DNA of 64,000 bases from positions 32,001-96,000 of the IMG/VR virus record IMGVR_UViG_3300008952_000004; one strand, 5' to 3'. The position numbers were made by a program, and so were the translations under genes. Each line of letters opens with the position of its first letter. Position 1 is the first letter of the stretch. Positions 39,898-50,600 of this stretch are shown here, piece by piece. The notes under the pieces are model-generated. The model was not told where the DNA came from and did no database searches. It worked only from the letters and a program-made list of their open reading frames with translations. The DNA is from a virus.

Positions 39898-42678
39898 ATG
39901 ACTAATGGATTTGGCAAAGATTTTGGAAATAAGTTCGCAGATTTAGATGTTAAACTCGACCCGAACAGTAAGGTTCCAAAAATAGATTTCGGAAAAGAAC
40001 ATTTCACCACAGGCGGATTTCTTGGATTTACTACCGACGGTTGGACTAAACCTCAGCCCTTTCAAACAGACATAAATCTGCAAGGCACTAGCGCAAATAG
40101 AAAGTTTGTTGTATGTGAAAAAAATTGGTATACACACGTTGCAGCGTTTGCATCGGGTCAAAGACTTTCCGGTCGACCACTCAATGACTATGACACCTTC
40201 TTGGAATTAGCTCGAAAATATTGGACCATAAACCCCAAAGCCGTCGAACCTTCACTCATTTTCTTGAACCCGAGCATGATTCCGGACGAAGCGTTAGGTG
40301 TTCCATTTTTGATGAAGTTTAGTCAACCACAATATAATCCAGCACCCCCGCACGCTGGTCTTCCAGATCATATTAACCTATGGTTTGAAATTTATCAACA
40401 AATGGTGCTCTATCCAGATAAAAGTCAAATATATGATACTCAAATCATCCCAACTGCGATCCCGAATGTAAACATAACACAAAAAAATTATTCACCCGCG
40501 AAGTGGAAACAATTACTCGTGGGTGCAGAAGCCACTGTGGCTCCCGGTGAATTTGGAGTCTTGAACGAGAATGTAAAATATGAATATTTAGCGTTTCAGT
40601 TATCCTTGCCGTACAGTAAGGAGCAGTCAGATAACTCTACATTACCTAAGCAATCATATGTCGAGGTAATTCCAGAGTATAATTTTGATGCACAAAAATA
40701 TGAGCACGCAATTTCAGTAGAAACCGTACCAGAAACCATTCTACCAAACTTGTATAGTCTTCAAATTGTTTCAAATACACAACCAGATGAAATACTGGGC
40801 GTTAACGGACACATTATAAACCATGTTTCCCTACTTGCAAGGCTTAAAGTGGTTATGAACTGGGCAAACGCCACGAAAATCGTAAAAAACAATACTAACT
40901 ATTTTACAACTTACGCTGATAAGATATCTGAATTTGCAGCGATGCCTGGAGGCGTCAGCGCAGACGAAGACCTTATGTCGGTTGCGAATAAATATAAAAA
41001 TATAATTATCCCATCTCAAGAAATATCCAATTTAAAGGACATGGCAGAGAGAAAAGAACTGTATCCAATTCACACAACAATAAATATTTCGACTGAAAAA
41101 TTATCTCAATTTACCGACATATTGAGAGAGACTAATTTGCTTGATCGATTTACTATGGAGATAGTCAAGACCTATATTAACAAAGGGCACGATGTAAAAA
41201 GATTTCGGGAAGTTAATGAGTTACTTATTACCGGTGAAACTCCACTCGGCGAGCCCATAATTAAAAAATCTTCCAAAGAGGCTCTAAGAGATCAGCGCGT
41301 GTGGGATATTACAAAGACTCTGGAAGCAATTTCTTTGCTTAGTTTTGACACAGGAAAACCAGAGGTAACAGAAACACTAGAGCAACATCTGGACGCAGTT
41401 TCAGATTTAATTGTTTTGGATCCAACTGGAGACATAGAAACGCAGGAAGCAGTTCCTTCTGAGCATAAATTCTATAACAATTTGATGACTCTTATAGCAG
41501 TACAAAAATTAAAAAAGTTCTTTAAAACACGTATACGAACATATGAAGACTTGATGAAGGGCAAGTTGAATTACTCTGAGACTGTGTTATACAGAATAGC
41601 AAAAATCCCCACCGACGAGGGCGTTGCCATTGGTGATAGTGAGATCCAAAACATATGGCTAGCTAACATTAGTGAGCAGGATGTTATAACATATGTCGAT
41701 ACACAATTGAAATATGGCGAAGAATATCGCTATTCTATATATGCATATCAAATGGTACTAGAATCTGTTTATCGCTATCAAGATGTTCACGTCAATGGAA
41801 GCGAGACAGCAGCAGGTTACGATCCCGACATGCCAGCAATTGCAACTGTGGTATTACAACCACAGGTTTTGTTGGTGGAGCAAGAGGTCCATCGTTATAG
41901 CTTTATGATACTAGATAGTCCTCCTCCACCACCACAAGTTGATATTGTGCCGTATAAAGATAACCCAAGACAAATTCTTATTAATTTCAGTCCGTCTGTT
42001 GATGATTATTTAGCAGACCCGATCATTATAGAGATGGCTGACCAAACTGTGTTTGACGAAATCAGGAAGGCACAAAAAAAACCAGCGCCAGAAAAAATCC
42101 GGTTCAACGCTGACGATACAACTGGGGCTAATGGGTATTATGAGGTCTATAGAATGAACCGGAAACCGAGCCGGTGGACCGACTTTGCTGGTCATCGGAG
42201 GGCGATAATCGCGAACAGTTATGAACAAGGTTCTAACATAAACGCATCCACGGCATCATTGCGAGATAGTATAACTTCTAACACGAAATATTATTATATG
42301 TTCAGGATGGTTGATACTCACAGTCATATTTCGAATCCGACAGTTATTTATGAGATTGAAATGATTGAGGATCGCGGCGCGCATTATTTTACAAAAAAGA
42401 TTGTAGAACTCAAGCCCCGAGAACCCCGCCTGCCCTCAAAACCATGTCGGCGATTAATCGAGATCAAGCCCGCCTTGGATCAACAGTTTATGGATATGGA
42501 AAGCTTTGGGGATATGGAATCTGCTTTCAATGTTGATGCCCCTCGATTGGGTAATGCTATTTCCCCTTGGGACAAAAAATTTAAAATTAGATTTGTTTCA
42601 AGAAAAACAGGCAAAAAATTGGATCTTAATTTGACTTGCAAGGTCAAACTGGAAAAGGGCAATCCAGATAATGAATAA
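39898..42678 (+). CDS. Large hypothetical virion protein with FN3-like C-terminal domains
   Basis: DTQLKYGEEYRYSIYAY; PPPPPQVDIV...YEVYR...TKYYYMFRMVD..SHISNPT. Confidence 0.6.
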   Translation: MTNGFGKDFGNKFADLDVKLDPNSKVPKIDFGKEHFTTGGFLGFTTDGWTKPQPFQTDINLQGTSANRKFVVCEKNWYTHVAAFASGQRLSGRPLNDYDTFLELARKYWTINPKAVEPSLIFLNPSMIPDEALGVPFLMKFSQPQYNPAPPHAGLPDHINLWFEIYQQMVLYPDKSQIYDTQIIPTAIPNVNITQKNYSPAKWKQLLVGAEATVAPGEFGVLNENVKYEYLAFQLSLPYSKEQSDNSTLPKQSYVEVIPEYNFDAQKYEHAISVETVPETILPNLYSLQIVSNTQPDEILGVNGHIINHVSLLARLKVVMNWANATKIVKNNTNYFTTYADKISEFAAMPGGVSADEDLMSVANKYKNIIIPSQEISNLKDMAERKELYPIHTTINISTEKLSQFTDILRETNLLDRFTMEIVKTYINKGHDVKRFREVNELLITGETPLGEPIIKKSSKEALRDQRVWDITKTLEAISLLSFDTGKPEVTETLEQHLDAVSDLIVLDPTGDIETQEAVPSEHKFYNNLMTLIAVQKLKKFFKTRIRTYEDLMKGKLNYSETVLYRIAKIPTDEGVAIGDSEIQNIWLANISEQDVITYVDTQLKYGEEYRYSIYAYQMVLESVYRYQDVHVNGSETAAGYDPDMPAIATVVLQPQVLLVEQEVHRYSFMILDSPPPPPQVDIVPYKDNPRQILINFSPSVDDYLADPIIIEMADQTVFDEIRKAQKKPAPEKIRFNADDTTGANGYYEVYRMNRKPSRWTDFAGHRRAIIANSYEQGSNINASTASLRDSITSNTKYYYMFRMVDTHSHISNPTVIYEIEMIEDRGAHYFTKKIVELKPREPRLPSKPCRRLIEIKPALDQQFMDMESFGDMESAFNVDAPRLGNAISPWDKKFKIRFVSRKTGKKLDLNLTCKVKLEKGNPDNE

Positions 42679-42698
42679 AGCGTTTTTGTTACTAGAGA

Positions 42699-42708
42699 AC
42701 TATTTATT
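42699..42708 (+). promoter_or_regulatory. Putative late promoter (CTAWTTA motif)
   Basis: ACTATTTATT in the intergenic gap, followed by an AGGAG RBS. Confidence 0.6.
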
Positions 42709-42743
42709 CCGTAAGCCTATATACTATTAACAGGAGAAAACAA

Positions 42744-43658
42744 ATGGCATTTCTTGACAACTCCGGCGACATTATTCTTGACGCTGTTTTAACTGATACC
42801 GGAAGGTTTAGACTAGCAAAGGGGGATGGCAGTTTTAAGATTGCTAAATTTGCCCTTGCGGATGACGAAATAAATTACGAACTTTATAATAAAAGCCATT
42901 CCAGCGGAAGTGCCTACTACGATTTAGAGATTCTGCAAACACCATGCCTTGAAGCTTTTACGAACAATACGTCTTCGGTTAAATATAGACTTATGTCGAT
43001 AGCACGAACAAACTTGCTATATTTGCCTGTACTTAAATTGAACGACAAAAAATTTCCAGGCAGAACGGATACTGCCAGCACACACGTTGTGGCAGTTGAC
43101 AAAGAAACTGAAAATATTATGAATGTTCAAGACGCTGGTAGTATGTACGGTGAACGACCGAAAGATTCGCCATGGCAAATTCAGCTCGACCAAGGGTTGG
43201 ACACGAATGAGCTTCCACCGAGTATGAATATCGATGCAGATTTGGTTGAAACACAATACATTGTTCAAATTGATAATCGTTTTGGAAGTATTGTATCCAA
43301 AAACGGACACCCCGCTGCTGTTTCGTTTATCGACGACGACAGCGTTGCAACATATTACTTTTCTTCGAACACTGATGATCAGTTTGTTACAAACAACTCC
43401 AATGATGACGCCGACGCAGAGAGTGAAGTTATTGCGGGACCACGCGGCACAAATTTTGCTTTTAAGATCGCATCTTCGATAGAACTTAACAGCAGTACGT
43501 ACTTGTTTGAAAAACTGGGAAGCACCGCTGCATCAGCCGGGGCAAAGCCCTCTCTTGGTTCGGACATATATTATATTGACAGCATTGTGCGGGTTACTGG
43601 AGCAACTACGGGATATAGTGTTGATATTCCAGTCCGCTTTGTTAAGAAGAAAGCGTAA
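42744..43658 (+). CDS. Virion structural protein with tail-collar-like N-terminus
   Basis: IILDAVLTDTGRFRLAKGDGSFKIAKFALADDEINY resembles the DUF3751 N-terminal half. Confidence 0.55.
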   Translation: MAFLDNSGDIILDAVLTDTGRFRLAKGDGSFKIAKFALADDEINYELYNKSHSSGSAYYDLEILQTPCLEAFTNNTSSVKYRLMSIARTNLLYLPVLKLNDKKFPGRTDTASTHVVAVDKETENIMNVQDAGSMYGERPKDSPWQIQLDQGLDTNELPPSMNIDADLVETQYIVQIDNRFGSIVSKNGHPAAVSFIDDDSVATYYFSSNTDDQFVTNNSNDDADAESEVIAGPRGTNFAFKIASSIELNSSTYLFEKLGSTAASAGAKPSLGSDIYYIDSIVRVTGATTGYSVDIPVRFVKKKA

Positions 43659-43677
43659 ACAATAAAAGGAAAAATCT

Positions 43678-44865
43678 ATGGCAACCACATTTAAAACATT
43701 TTTGAGCAACGACATTGCAGCATCTCGCACGATGCTCCATGAAGCAATTCCAATCACTGGGTCGCTGGTTTCGGGGACGTATGGTACCGGACCTGTTGAT
43801 CTTGGCTCTGAACCACATATAAAGAGCTATTCTCACGGAATGTTCCAGTCAGTATATGATTATCCATACCTGAGTTCTTCCGCAAATCACATTTTTGATA
43901 TTACGATCGGGCTATCTCCAAGTGGAAGCCTTTATTCTTCAACCACGAGCCAGAAAAGCAAAAAAGCGAATATTTATAACCAAATGGCGCAAATCCTGAT
44001 GGGTCATGACGCAACTGGTTCTATTCGAGAGTTTGACGAAGATGGAAACATTGTTGCCGGTGGAAATAAACTTCAAGAGGTTTTCTTTCTAAACTTTTCT
44101 CGCCTCCTCACAAAAGACGAAATTAAAAAAGGGTCCTTTGAATTAGAACTTGGCGTAAACAGTGATTACTCCGAGGATACCAAAGTAGCTCAAAAGCGAA
44201 TTAAAATCACTGATGCTAGCGGCTCCGACGGATTTCACGTCAATTCGCCCGCTGGCGAGTACGGCATCTTGTATGCTCAAACTGCTGCTGGTACTACACC
44301 ATTGTTACATAGCGAGGGTGTCAATTTACCGAATGCGAATTCTTCCAGAATTGGCAATGCTAGTTATCATCCCCCTTGTGGTTTAATATTCTATCAGGCA
44401 GGCATCATTGTTGTGTCTGGTTCAGTTTTTAATGACGCAACGGGCTCTGCTACCGCATTGGGCACAGGCATCTTGCACACAAACAACGTTGACTCTATGG
44501 AGATGCTGAACGGGAAAGGTTATACAGGATTCGGGTTTGTGACCGGATCTGCTATCGGTGTTTGTGCTGACCGAATTAGAAATCGAATTTATAATATTCA
44601 ATTCAACAACACAACAGAATTGAATTCTTCAATTTATTTCTGTCGTGTTAATCACAATGATTTCAATTATAGTTCAAACCCAACTTATTTGTCTGGTAGT
44701 AAAATTCGAATGAAAAATGCGACAACAGACAATCCAGCTACATATATCACTACGGTTGGTTTATATTCAGCAGATAATGAGTTGTTGGCAGTAGCAAAGC
44801 TCAGTGAGCCTTTGAAGAAGGACCCGTCAACTGAAATGACTTTGCGAGTACGTTTAGACTACTAA
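43678..44865 (+). CDS. Virion structural protein with tail-collar-like C-terminus
   Basis: Ends ITTVGLYSADNELLAVAKLSEPLKKD...LRVRLDY. Confidence 0.6.
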   Translation: MATTFKTFLSNDIAASRTMLHEAIPITGSLVSGTYGTGPVDLGSEPHIKSYSHGMFQSVYDYPYLSSSANHIFDITIGLSPSGSLYSSTTSQKSKKANIYNQMAQILMGHDATGSIREFDEDGNIVAGGNKLQEVFFLNFSRLLTKDEIKKGSFELELGVNSDYSEDTKVAQKRIKITDASGSDGFHVNSPAGEYGILYAQTAAGTTPLLHSEGVNLPNANSSRIGNASYHPPCGLIFYQAGIIVVSGSVFNDATGSATALGTGILHTNNVDSMEMLNGKGYTGFGFVTGSAIGVCADRIRNRIYNIQFNNTTELNSSIYFCRVNHNDFNYSSNPTYLSGSKIRMKNATTDNPATYITTVGLYSADNELLAVAKLSEPLKKDPSTEMTLRVRLDY

Positions 44866-44877
44866 ATCGATATAAAG

Positions 44878-44887
44878 ACTAATTAAT
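44878..44887 (+). promoter_or_regulatory. Putative late promoter (CTAWTTA motif)
   Basis: ACTAATTAAT, 16 nt before the ATG at 44894; no SD. Confidence 0.55.
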
Positions 44888-44893
44888 AATGTT

Positions 44894-46144
44894 ATGCCAC
44901 TGTACCCATTTGAACCAAACGATGTTTTTTATAATCGTGTAGAAACTCGCCCAAAGGTGGAGTTCTTTATATACGATACAAAAGTATATTATAATAACAA
45001 TGGAAATGATATAGGACAGCACAGTGATCAGGCGACACATGTACCGTCTGGGCACATATCTCTATACGAAATGAATGTTGATAGAGACACAGATGCTGAT
45101 AATCAACTAATACACCCATTTATCACAAAAGAGAGTGGGATTACTGCTTTTAAGACTGTTAGTACTTCTAATTTTAATTCTGGGTTTCTTTATGGAGAGG
45201 AAATAGAAGGTAGCTATCCGTTGTCGGCTTCACTGGCTTTTTATCTTTATCGAAGCGAGATAGCTCCGGATATCTCCGGCGGCAAAGTAAATCGCCCCCA
45301 TCTACTGGCTTTGAAAAATACGCTCAATCATTACAAATTTCTAAGTAATCATCATGCATATTCTAGTAGTCTAGGAGACAAGGGCACCGACGATGTTCGT
45401 CTGATAAGCATCCCGTCTATTTTTTATGGCTCTAGCATAGAGAAAGGGAGCGTGAGTTTAAGGTTCTATGTCACCGGTACACTTGTTGGAGAACTTCAAG
45501 ACATTCACAAAAATGGTGAACTAATACAGGTCAGCGGCGCCGCCAACGATCTAGGTGCTGATTTCGGTTCCGGATCAGTAGCCGGAGTTGTCTTGTACAA
45601 TGAGGGGTTTGTTGTCTTGACCGGTAGTTGGTCTTTAGACCCTGTTCACACAGGATACTATACTGCTTCGGCTAATGGAATACCTCAGTGGCTAGGATTT
45701 GGTCAATCTGTCGGAAGGGATCAGTCAGATTCGAATTTGAGTTTGCCGAATTCTTCTTGGGGGGTAACCTTTAGAGGTATAAATTATGTTCCAACACTGA
45801 CGATGATGGCAAATGCTCCGAAGGGCATGTATAACCATTCAAACAATCCAACATATAAAGACTTCGGTCAAGTTGAAAAACTACCAGCTTCAGGATCAAA
45901 GATGTTTAAAGAATTTACTGAATTTAAAATAAAAAATACTGTAAGTTCTAGTTGGGATGTGCTAACATCAAGTAATATACCGAGCTATTCTACGAATTCT
46001 GCTTCTTTTGAGAAGCATACATATATTTCAAAGATTGGTATATACGATGAGCAGAAAAATCTTATTGCAATTGCAAAGCTGGCAAAACCGATAAAGAAGG
46101 CAGAACAAGATGCTTACACTTTTAAACTTAAACTAGATTTTTAA
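44894..46144 (+). CDS. Virion structural protein, C-terminal paralog of the 43678 gene
   Basis: Ends ISKIGIYDEQKNLIAIAKLAKPIKK...FKLKLDF; shares FNYSSNPTY/YNHSNNPTY and G..FYQAG/GVVLYNEG segments with the 43678 gene. Confidence 0.6.
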   Translation: MPLYPFEPNDVFYNRVETRPKVEFFIYDTKVYYNNNGNDIGQHSDQATHVPSGHISLYEMNVDRDTDADNQLIHPFITKESGITAFKTVSTSNFNSGFLYGEEIEGSYPLSASLAFYLYRSEIAPDISGGKVNRPHLLALKNTLNHYKFLSNHHAYSSSLGDKGTDDVRLISIPSIFYGSSIEKGSVSLRFYVTGTLVGELQDIHKNGELIQVSGAANDLGADFGSGSVAGVVLYNEGFVVLTGSWSLDPVHTGYYTASANGIPQWLGFGQSVGRDQSDSNLSLPNSSWGVTFRGINYVPTLTMMANAPKGMYNHSNNPTYKDFGQVEKLPASGSKMFKEFTEFKIKNTVSSSWDVLTSSNIPSYSTNSASFEKHTYISKIGIYDEQKNLIAIAKLAKPIKKAEQDAYTFKLKLDF

Positions 46145-46147
46145 AAA

Positions 46148-46678
46148 ATGATTTTAGGAATGGATATTTCCACGAGCATTACAGGTATAACCGTGCTAAA
46201 TAATAATGGCGAGGTGGTGGTGTGCGATGTTTGGGATCTTCGTAAAAATAAAAACTTTTTTCAAAAGGTGGAGAACGCGAAGAGCCATCTTGAAAGAATT
46301 AAAAAGAATCAGAAAATTGAAAGGATCTTTATTGAACAGAGCCTCCAGTCGTTCAGAACCGGTTTCTCGTCGGCGCAAACGCTCTCGACGCTAGCACGAT
46401 TTAATGGAACCCTTAGTTGGTTATGTTATGAATTGTTTGATATTGAGCCTGAATTTATTAACGCGGCAACGGCTCGCAAATTATATGGTGTTAAAGTCCC
46501 ACGCGGTCAAAAAGCAAAAGAAGTTGTTTTAAAAAAAGTTCTTGACACGGAAGAGGGTTTTGTAGTAGACTATACAAGATACGGGAACCCCAAACCGGGT
46601 ACCTATGACAGAGCAGACAGCTTGGTTATTGCGAAAGCCGGATATAGAATTTGCACAGAGAAAAATATAAAATCTTAG
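46148..46678 (+). CDS. RuvC-like Holliday junction resolvase
   Basis: ILGMDISTSITG, IFIEQ, DRADSLVIA acidic active-site pattern. Confidence 0.82.
   Translation: MILGMDISTSITGITVLNNNGEVVVCDVWDLRKNKNFFQKVENAKSHLERIKKNQKIERIFIEQSLQSFRTGFSSAQTLSTLARFNGTLSWLCYELFDIEPEFINAATARKLYGVKVPRGQKAKEVVLKKVLDTEEGFVVDYTRYGNPKPGTYDRADSLVIAKAGYRICTEKNIKS
46542..46571 (+). promoter_or_regulatory. Sigma70-type promoter inside the RuvC-like CDS, upstream of primase
   Basis: A-tract, TTGACA (46542-46547), 18-nt spacer, TAGACT (46566-46571). Confidence 0.55.
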
Positions 46679-47601
46679 CAAGAGCACTGGGTACCTCATA
46701 TAAGTCTGGCGATGAGCGTCTGTACTTGTGCCCCAAGTGTAAACATCATAAAAAGAAATTATCAGTTAATATAGAATTAGATAAATTTAAATGCTGGATA
46801 TGTGAATACGCTGGACACTCTTTGAAGAAACTCATAAGAGACTTCGGCAGTCACGACTGCAACCAAAAGTGGGATTTAATTGACAGCGAGAATATTGACC
46901 TTTCAGCGTTTAAAAACATTTTTAAAGATGAGGCACAGGAATCGCCACAGCACAGAGTAGAACTCCCTCAAGAGTTTCAGACTTTGACTGGCAAGACATC
47001 GCTTCTGTCATCACCCGCAAAGAAATATCTTCAAAATCGCGGCATTTCTAAAAGGGACATCATCAGGTGGAAGGTCGGGTTTTGTCCTACAGGCGAATAT
47101 AAGGGGCGTATAATAATACCGTCTTTTTCTTTGGAAGGGGACCTTAACTATTTTGTCGCAAGGAGTTATAATGGTAATTGGAAGAAGTACATGAATCCTC
47201 CTGCGTCTAGAGATATTATATTTAATGACTTGATGATAAATTGGGATTCTGATATTGTTTTAGTTGAGGGAGTCTTTGACGCCTTGGTAGCAGGAACAAA
47301 TTCGATCCCCTTGTTGGGATCCCAGATTAAAGAAGGTTCAGTATTGTTTCAAAAGATTATTGATAAAAAACCAAAAGTTTATCTGGCTTTAGATCCAGAT
47401 ATTGAAAAAAAATCAGCAAAAATAATCAAAAAAATGTTGACATATGGCGTCGAACTTGCTAAAGTAGAGATTAAACCATATTCAGACGTCGGAGAGATGT
47501 CAAGGGAAGAGTTTCAGCGTCGGAAGTCCTCCGCAGTATCTCTTTCTACCTCATTTGTGGATTATTTTTCTTATTTGTTAGGACACACGGTTAAAATATG
47601 A
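46651..47601 (+). CDS. DNA primase (Zn finger plus TOPRIM)
   Basis: CPKC...CWIC zinc finger; GRIIIPS; VLVEGVFDA; LALDPD; SDVGE. TTG start. Confidence 0.88.
   Translation: MHREKYKILARALGTSYKSGDERLYLCPKCKHHKKKLSVNIELDKFKCWICEYAGHSLKKLIRDFGSHDCNQKWDLIDSENIDLSAFKNIFKDEAQESPQHRVELPQEFQTLTGKTSLLSSPAKKYLQNRGISKRDIIRWKVGFCPTGEYKGRIIIPSFSLEGDLNYFVARSYNGNWKKYMNPPASRDIIFNDLMINWDSDIVLVEGVFDALVAGTNSIPLLGSQIKEGSVLFQKIIDKKPKVYLALDPDIEKKSAKIIKKMLTYGVELAKVEIKPYSDVGEMSREEFQRRKSSAVSLSTSFVDYFSYLLGHTVKI
47437..47465 (+). promoter_or_regulatory. Sigma70 promoter with extended -10 inside the primase CDS
   Basis: A-tracts, TTGACA (47437-47442), 17-nt spacer ending TGc, TAAAGT (47460-47465); 133 nt before sbcD-sbcC. 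Confidence 0.6.
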
Positions 47602-50600
47602 AGTTTGCACACATAGCTGATACACATATCAGAAATTTGAAATATCATTACGAGTATAGGGCAGTGTTTGAGAAACTCTACGAACACCTCCGCGCCGAAA
47701 AGGTAGACTATATTATTCATTGTGGCGACATTGCACACACTAAGACGCAGATTTCTCCGGAATTTGTCGAGATGTGTGCCAAATTCCTTGGGAACCTGGC
47801 TGATATCGCCCCAACCTATGTAATTTTGGGTAATCACGACGGAAATCTGAAGAATTCCAGCCGTCAGGACGCACTTTCACCGATTGCAGAGGCTTTGGAC
47901 CATAAAAACCTCCATTTGTTGAAGAATTCGGGCGAAACTGAGCTAAAAGACGGGTTTACTCTCAATGTTTTGTCTGTTTTTGACACAGACAACTGGGTAA
48001 AGCCCACTCCCGGTGGAGATCGGGTCAATATTGCTCTATACCATGGCTCAGTAAGCGGTTGCCAGACGGATACGGGCTGGACAATGGATTATGGCGAGAA
48101 TGACATCAGTATCTTCGACAATCACGACTATGCTTTCTTGGGAGACATCCATAAAACAGACCAGTCATTGGACAAGGAAGGTCGCATTCGGTATCCGGGC
48201 TCCACGGTCCAACAAAACCACGGAGAAACCAACGACAAGGGGTTTTTAATTTGGGATATTAAAAATCGCGATGATTATATTTGCAAACACATTGTTTTGG
48301 AGAACCCCAAGCCGTTTGTTACGATTGAAATGACCCCAAAAGGTCGCGTACCCAAAGGGACAGAGGTACCAGAAGGTGCGCGCATTAGATTGGTGTCCAA
48401 CAACAACCTTCCTCTTGATAGGATGCGCCGAGCAGTCGATGTAGTTAAAACGAGATTTAAACCGGAATCAATTACTTTTTTAAATCGTGCCGCTGGCGAG
48501 CGAGGTTCCGTTGAGGACCTTACAGACGGACTACAGCAGGAGGACTTGCGAGATATTGCAGTGCAAGAAGAACTTATCGCTGAATACCTGAAGGACTATC
48601 AAGTAGAGGATGAAACGCTGCAACGGGTGTTTGCAATGAACGAGAAATATAATTCTAAGGCAGAAGAAAATGAAGAAGTAGCTCGCAATGTGAATTGGAA
48701 ACTAACCTCTTTGGAATGGGACAATCTTTTTAACTATGGAGAGGGCAACCGAATTGATTTTACAAATTTAAGTGGCATTGTTGGGATATTTGGTAAGAAC
48801 TTCTCTGGGAAATCAAGTATCATTGATAGTTTTTTATATACCTTATTTAATTCAACTTCGAAGAACGTTAGAAAGAATTTAAACATTATCAACCAAACAA
48901 AAGAGTTTGGTAGTGGTAAGGTTACGATTGAAATTGGCAATAAAGAATATGTTGTTGAGAGAGACTCCGAAAAATATACCAAAAGACTTAAAGGGGAAGA
49001 AACAACAGAAGCAAAGACAAATACCAATTTTATAAGTAAGGATCATGTTCTACAAGAAGAGGTTAGTTTAAATGGATTGACAAGGGCAGATACCGACAAG
49101 GCTATTCGCAGGGTCTTTGGTGGTTTAGATGATTTTCTTTTAACCGCAATGTCTTCTCAGTTGGGTTCTTTGGCATTTATTAGTGAAGGTTCGACAAGAC
49201 GTAAGGAGATTCTTGCAAAGTTTCTCGACTTGGAAATATTTGATAAAAAATATAAATTGGCACACAATGACGCTGCTGATTTGAGAGGGGCACTGAAGCG
49301 CCTGGAGGAAAGAAACTTTGATGAGGAACTAGTCGAGGCTCGCCAACTATTATTTGAAAACGAAGCCAAGAGCCTGGGTCACAAGAACGCTTGCAAGAAT
49401 ATTAAGAGGAAGATAACCAAAGCACAGAAGCTTGTAACCAACCTTCAAGAGTCGATTGACGCGGTACCAGGGGAGCCAATAAATATCAAGAATGTGGAAA
49501 GGCTCCGAGAGGAGTTGATTAACTCTTTAAAAAAATACGAACAAAAAAATACAACAAATCAAAAAAATATTGAAAAAAATAATATTTTTATTGAAAAGGC
49601 AAAGAGTTTTCTTAGGGATTTCGATATAGAAAAATTAGAAGAAAAACAGCAAATTGAAAAATCCAAGAAGCAGGAACTGGATCAAATAAACAAGTCCTTG
49701 ACAGAAGAGTCTAGAACCCACGAACTGTATTGTAATCGTGCTAAAACCCTTGAAGGGGTTCCTTGTGGGAATCAGTTTGTTACTACTTGCAAGTTTATAA
49801 AAGATGCCTATAGTGCATCAAAACTGATTGATTCTGTCGCAGATAACATTGCTGAACTAGAGGGTAATACCAAGAAGATAGAACAAGAGGTCGTCGAACT
49901 TGACATGGATTCAGTTCGAACTTATATAAAAAAACATAAGGAGTTGCTTGACAAGAAAACCAAAGTAGAGAATGATAATGTCAAGCTTCGACTTGGCATA
50001 GAAAGAAGTAACAACCAAATCTTACAGGATACCAGTAGTTTAGAGAATTGTCAAGAAAAAATAGATTATTATTATGAAAACAAGACAGCAATTGAAAACT
50101 ATAATGTTCTTTTGAATCAAAAGGAAGATGCACTTATAAGTATTCGAGAATTGGAATGTTCGCTAGAAGAATGTGAAAATGAAGTGCTTGAACTTTATAA
50201 GATTCATGGTTCATACGAACAAAATATAATTAACCTTGAACAGTTGAAAGAAGAGCTTCAGCAACATAGGCAGTCCTATGAGGCATATGATCTATATTTG
50301 AAGTGTATGAATAGCAATGGAATCGCTTATGACATTATTAAAAAAAGGCTGCCTGTTATTAATAATGAGATCGCTAAAGTTCTAACCAATATAGTTAACT
50401 TTGACGTTTTCTTGGAAAATGATGGAAGAAAGCTGGACATATATATAAAGCACCCAAGATTTGAGCCAAGACCGCTGGAGTTGGGATCCGGCGCCGAGAA
50501 AACTATTTCGGCTATGGCTATCCGCCTAGCCTTACTCAGTGTATCGTCTTTGCCAAAGGGGAATGTCTTTATTCTTGATGAGCCGGGTACGGCATTGGAT

